Shown here piece by piece: positions 60,776 through 64,000 of a stretch of 64,000 nt of DNA. Under the pieces are notes generated by a model, which was not told where the DNA came from, ran no database searches, and saw nothing but the letters and a program-made list of their open reading frames with translations. The stretch lies in the NCBI GenBank assembly GCA_963788655.1, contig CAWBHS010000088.1:255580-319579 (forward strand), in the 5' to 3' direction. The stretch comes from an uncultured Verrucomicrobiae bacterium. Its GTDB lineage: Bacteria > Verrucomicrobiota > Verrucomicrobiia > Limisphaerales > JAFGQR01. The position numbers and the translations under genes were made by a program. Positions within the stretch are counted from its first letter, which is position 1, and the number at the start of each line of letters is the position of its first letter.

Positions 60776-61479
60776 CTAGTACCAAATAGCGCTAGCAACC
60801 CCGTCGCAGAACACCTCGCCGCCGGCGGGCATCGCCACCGCCTCGCCCCGCGCAAACCGCCGCGCCGTCCACGCCATGGCCGCGGCGTCGTAGACGTCGT
60901 CGAGCGCGGCCGTGTCCACGGCGCGGTACGCCGAGCGCGGGATCTCGATGCCCGCCGCCGCGAGCAGGTCCGCGCGGAGCATGAGCCCCGCCGCCGACGC
61001 CTTGCCGTGCCTCAGCGGGGCGTCGTCGCCCACGGCCGCGGCCATGGCCCGGAACGAGACCTCCGGGTGTCCCTCCAGGAGGAGGGCCCCCGCGCGCGGG
61101 AGGTAGTCGTTCACCTCGAGGATCCGGTCGCGGATCGCGAACGCCTGCGCGGACACGCCCTGGCCGCCGACGCTGCGGGAGGCGGCATCGGCCGACGCGC
61201 GGTCGGTCTCGGCGAGGGCGGCGCGGTTGGGGGTGGCGAAGACGCTCGACGCTCGGGCGTCCGACGAAGGCGCGGGCGAGGAGGTCGGCCTGGCGCGGGC
61301 CGACGTCGGGGATGCCGATGGGGACGTCGACGATGATGAGGTCTACGCACCAGCGCTTCTGGGCCTCGGCTTCGAGGGCGGCGATGTCGGGCGCGACGAA
61401 TGACGCCGTGGAACTTGCGGCGACCGAGCGCGACCGCGACCCAGCCGCGCTTGTAGGCGTCTACTCCGAGGACGGTCAT
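60776..61479 (-). CDS. DUF429 family predicted nuclease (RNase H fold), frameshifted
   Basis: VLGVDAYKRGWV, IVDVPIG, SVFATP, EGHPEVSF, DDVYDAAA. Confidence 0.85.
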
Positions 61480-62309
61480 GGCGCGACCGCGTCCGGCGAG
61501 GGTCCGCCCGGGCCGGCGCACAGCTTCGCGTACAGGTCCAGGGCGGTCTCGACGTAAGCGAGCGCGACCGCAGTCCCCGAGGCGAGGATCGACTGCGAGG
61601 GAGAGATGCGCAGCTCCACGGAGCCGCCCGCGTCCACGGCGAGTTGGTCGCGTTGAGTGAGGGTCATGATGCCGTGGGGCCGGCCGTGGGCAAGGCCGCT
61701 AAGCGCCGTCCAGAAGGTGAGGCCGCCCGCGCCCAACTCGCCCACCTCGCCGCTCGCGAACTCGATCACCGACCCCGCCGTCGGGACCGCCGTCCACGCG
61801 GCCCTCGCAACGGCAGGTCGCTTGGCCGCAATCTCCGCAAGTTCATCCTTGAGTTCGTCGGCGGTGTGCTCAGGCGTGTGGCCCCCGGCGACAACGAGGC
61901 GTCGGCCTCCGGACTGGTCCAGCAGGACATACTGGAGGGCCCTCACGACGCGCTCGTCGCGACTGGCTGGGGACAGCATCCAGATGCTCCACGCCGCACC
62001 CTCGATGGCGGGCCTGAGCAAGGAGTATGACGCGGTGGGTTGGACTCGGGAGAGCTCCCGAAGCGCGGCGCCGTGCAGGATGAGGTGATCGAGCGCAATG
62101 ATCAGGGGCGTCCTTGCGGTGGCGGACACGTGCAGCGGAGCCATGGCGCGGTCGTCGGCGGCGAGGACTGAGTCGGGCTGCACGAGCGGCGCCTGGGCCT
62201 GCAGCGTCGGCTCCAATTCCTGGATTCGAGCGAGCGACCTACTTAGCGAGTGCCGGGCCATCTCCTCGAGCTCCGGCCCCTCGTGAAACGACCGGTCGAC
62301 GGCGGACAT
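61476..62309 (-). CDS. Hypothetical helical protein, possibly HEPN/DUF5677-like
   Basis: ALDHL, YSLLRPAIE, FWTALSGLAHG; TAGGCT 6 nt before ATG. Confidence 0.55.
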   Translation of the reverse strand: MSAVDRSFHEGPELEEMARHSLSRSLARIQELEPTLQAQAPLVQPDSVLAADDRAMAPLHVSATARTPLIIALDHLILHGAALRELSRVQPTASYSLLRPAIEGAAWSIWMLSPASRDERVVRALQYVLLDQSGGRRLVVAGGHTPEHTADELKDELAEIAAKRPAVARAAWTAVPTAGSVIEFASGEVGELGAGGLTFWTALSGLAHGRPHGIMTLTQRDQLAVDAGGSVELRISPSQSILASGTAVALAYVETALDLYAKLCAGPGGPSPDAVAP

Positions 62310-62416
62310 GTGGCAAGCCTACTGAGGCGAGGTCCCGCGGCGCGGAGCAGGTGGACGCAGTCCCATCAAGCGCAGCCGCCGACGCGCCGATAGCCTGACC
62401 ACGGAGGTTGGGCGCC

Positions 62417-64000
62417 ATGGCGGCAGGGGATTCGGCACGCGAGGAGGCGGCGCGGCAGTTGGCGCTCGCTGCGGCCCATGAGGCCGCCGCGGCCGAGGCC
62501 CGCGACACAGCCGCCCGCTACGACCTCGCCTCCATGACGGAGCGTCGAACCGCGACTCTCCTCACGCCGCTTACCGCGCTGGGGCACCACCTCCTGGCCG
62601 ATCGAGGCTGGCCCGGTAGCCGCCACGCGCAGGTAGACATGGTCGTCGTCGGGCCGGGAGGGGTGTTCATTGTGGACACCAAGGCGTGGAAGGACGTGAC
62701 GATCGTCCGCGACCGCATCTACCGCGGGGAGGCCGACGTCACGGAGGAGCTGGAGTCGCTCGCGGACCTTGGCGCCGCGTCGGAGGAGGCGTTCGCCGAG
62801 GTGGGCCTGGCGCCGGGCGAGGTCCGCACGGTGATCGCGCTCGCGGGCGGGCAGGGCATCGAGGCGCGGCTGGGCGCGGTGTGGGTGCTGGGGGAGAAGG
62901 ACCTCGCGCGCCACATCCTCATGCGCGGCGCGCGGCTCACGGACGCGGCCGTCGATCGCGTGCTCGTCCGCGCGGTCGAGTTCTTTCCTCAGGTGGGCGC
63001 GGCGGCGCCCGTCAACACTGCGGTGCGCGAACCCGTCGCCCCCGCGCCCGAACCGCTCACCGAGGAGGATCTCCCAACCGAGGAGGAGATCGCGAAGGCC
63101 CTGTACGCGGGCATCATGGCCGCGCCCGTCGAGGAGTGGATGACGTTCCTCCACCCGGATCAGGCCAAGCTCGTCCGACGCTCCTTCAACGGGCCGGCGC
63201 GCATCCGGGGTCCGGTGGGCTCGGGCAAGACGGTGGTCGGGCTTCATCGCGCGGCCTACCTGGCGCGGAAGCCCGAGGGGCGCGTCCTCTTCACAACGTT
63301 CGTGCGGACCCTTCCGGGCGTCATGGCGAGCCTGCTGGCCGGCTCGCCCCCGAGGTCGTCGAGAGGGTCGACTTCACGGGGGTGTACGCCTTCGCCCTGC
63401 GGCTACTGAAGGATCGCGGCGTCACGGTCACGCTGGAGCCGGAAGGCGGCCGCTGAGTTCGAGCGAGCCTGGGCGGAGGTCGGCCAGCCGGGGCCGCTCG
63501 GCCGGACCTCGCTCGACAAGCGGTACTGGAGAGAAGAGATCGCCTACGTCATCAAGGGGCGCGGGCTGACCCGATTCGAGCAGTACGCGGACCTCGCGCG
63601 AATGGGACGGCGGTATCGGCTCACCGTGGACCAGCGCCGCGCCGTGTGGGACCTTTACACCGCGTACAGCGACGGACTAGCGCCGCGGGGATCTGCGACT
63701 TCGAGGACGTGGTGCTCCTGGCGGCCGCCGAGGTGGAGGCGCGCCGCTCGACCCGCCCTACACGGCCGTCATCGTGGACGAGGCGCAGGACCTCTCGTGC
63801 GCGATGGTCAGGCTGCTGTTCGGGCTGGTCGGGACGCACCCGACGCCTTCACGCTGATCGGCGACGGCCAGCAGTCCATCTACCCCGGTGGCTACACCCT
63901 CGCCGAGACCGGGGTCTCGGTGGCCGGGCGCGGCGTCGTGTTCAACGTCAACTACCGGAACACCGCCGAGATCCTCGCCTTCGCCGCTCGTCTCGTGGAG
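62417..64000 (+). CDS. NERD nuclease-UvrD/SF1 helicase fusion (frameshifted, 3' truncated by window)
   Basis: LADRGWP, VDMVVVGPGGVFIVDTKAW (NERD); LHPDQ, GPVGSGKT, VIVDEAQD, IGDGQQSIY, NYRNT (SF1). Confidence 0.85.

Overview
High-GC actinobacterial chromosome segment (Micrococcales-like; the finer placement near Demequina/Cellulomonas is an impression only). The housekeeping core is a divergent tRNA-Gly/tRNA-Pro pair, tig-clpP1-clpP2-clpX, valS, cysK-cysE, rpiB and an M13 peptidase, interspersed with ABC/MFS transporters and lipoproteins. Several genes, including essential valS, carry 1-bp indels that look like sequencing or assembly errors. Strongest non-routine signals: (1) a 16-bp CsoR/CstR-type palindrome (ATACCC-N4-GGGTAT) overlapping the -10 box of four dispersed loci. 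These are a sulfide:quinone oxidoreductase, a DUF2892 protein, a 57-aa Cys-rich protein and a Rieske-less split cytochrome b module, suggesting a persulfide/sulfide regulon with uncharacterised members. (2) An unannotated Cys/Met-rich leader peptide before cysK-cysE. (3) A DUF559 nuclease gene bracketed by two ~140-bp palindrome-containing direct repeats. (4) A structured-RNA candidate before a truncated DUF3800-like gene at the edge of a nuclease-rich island. (5) A tandem pair of MutS-ATPase-only proteins. (6) A SigK/RskA-DipZ locus with a Met-rich repeat lipoprotein. All family names come from motif recognition, not database searches.
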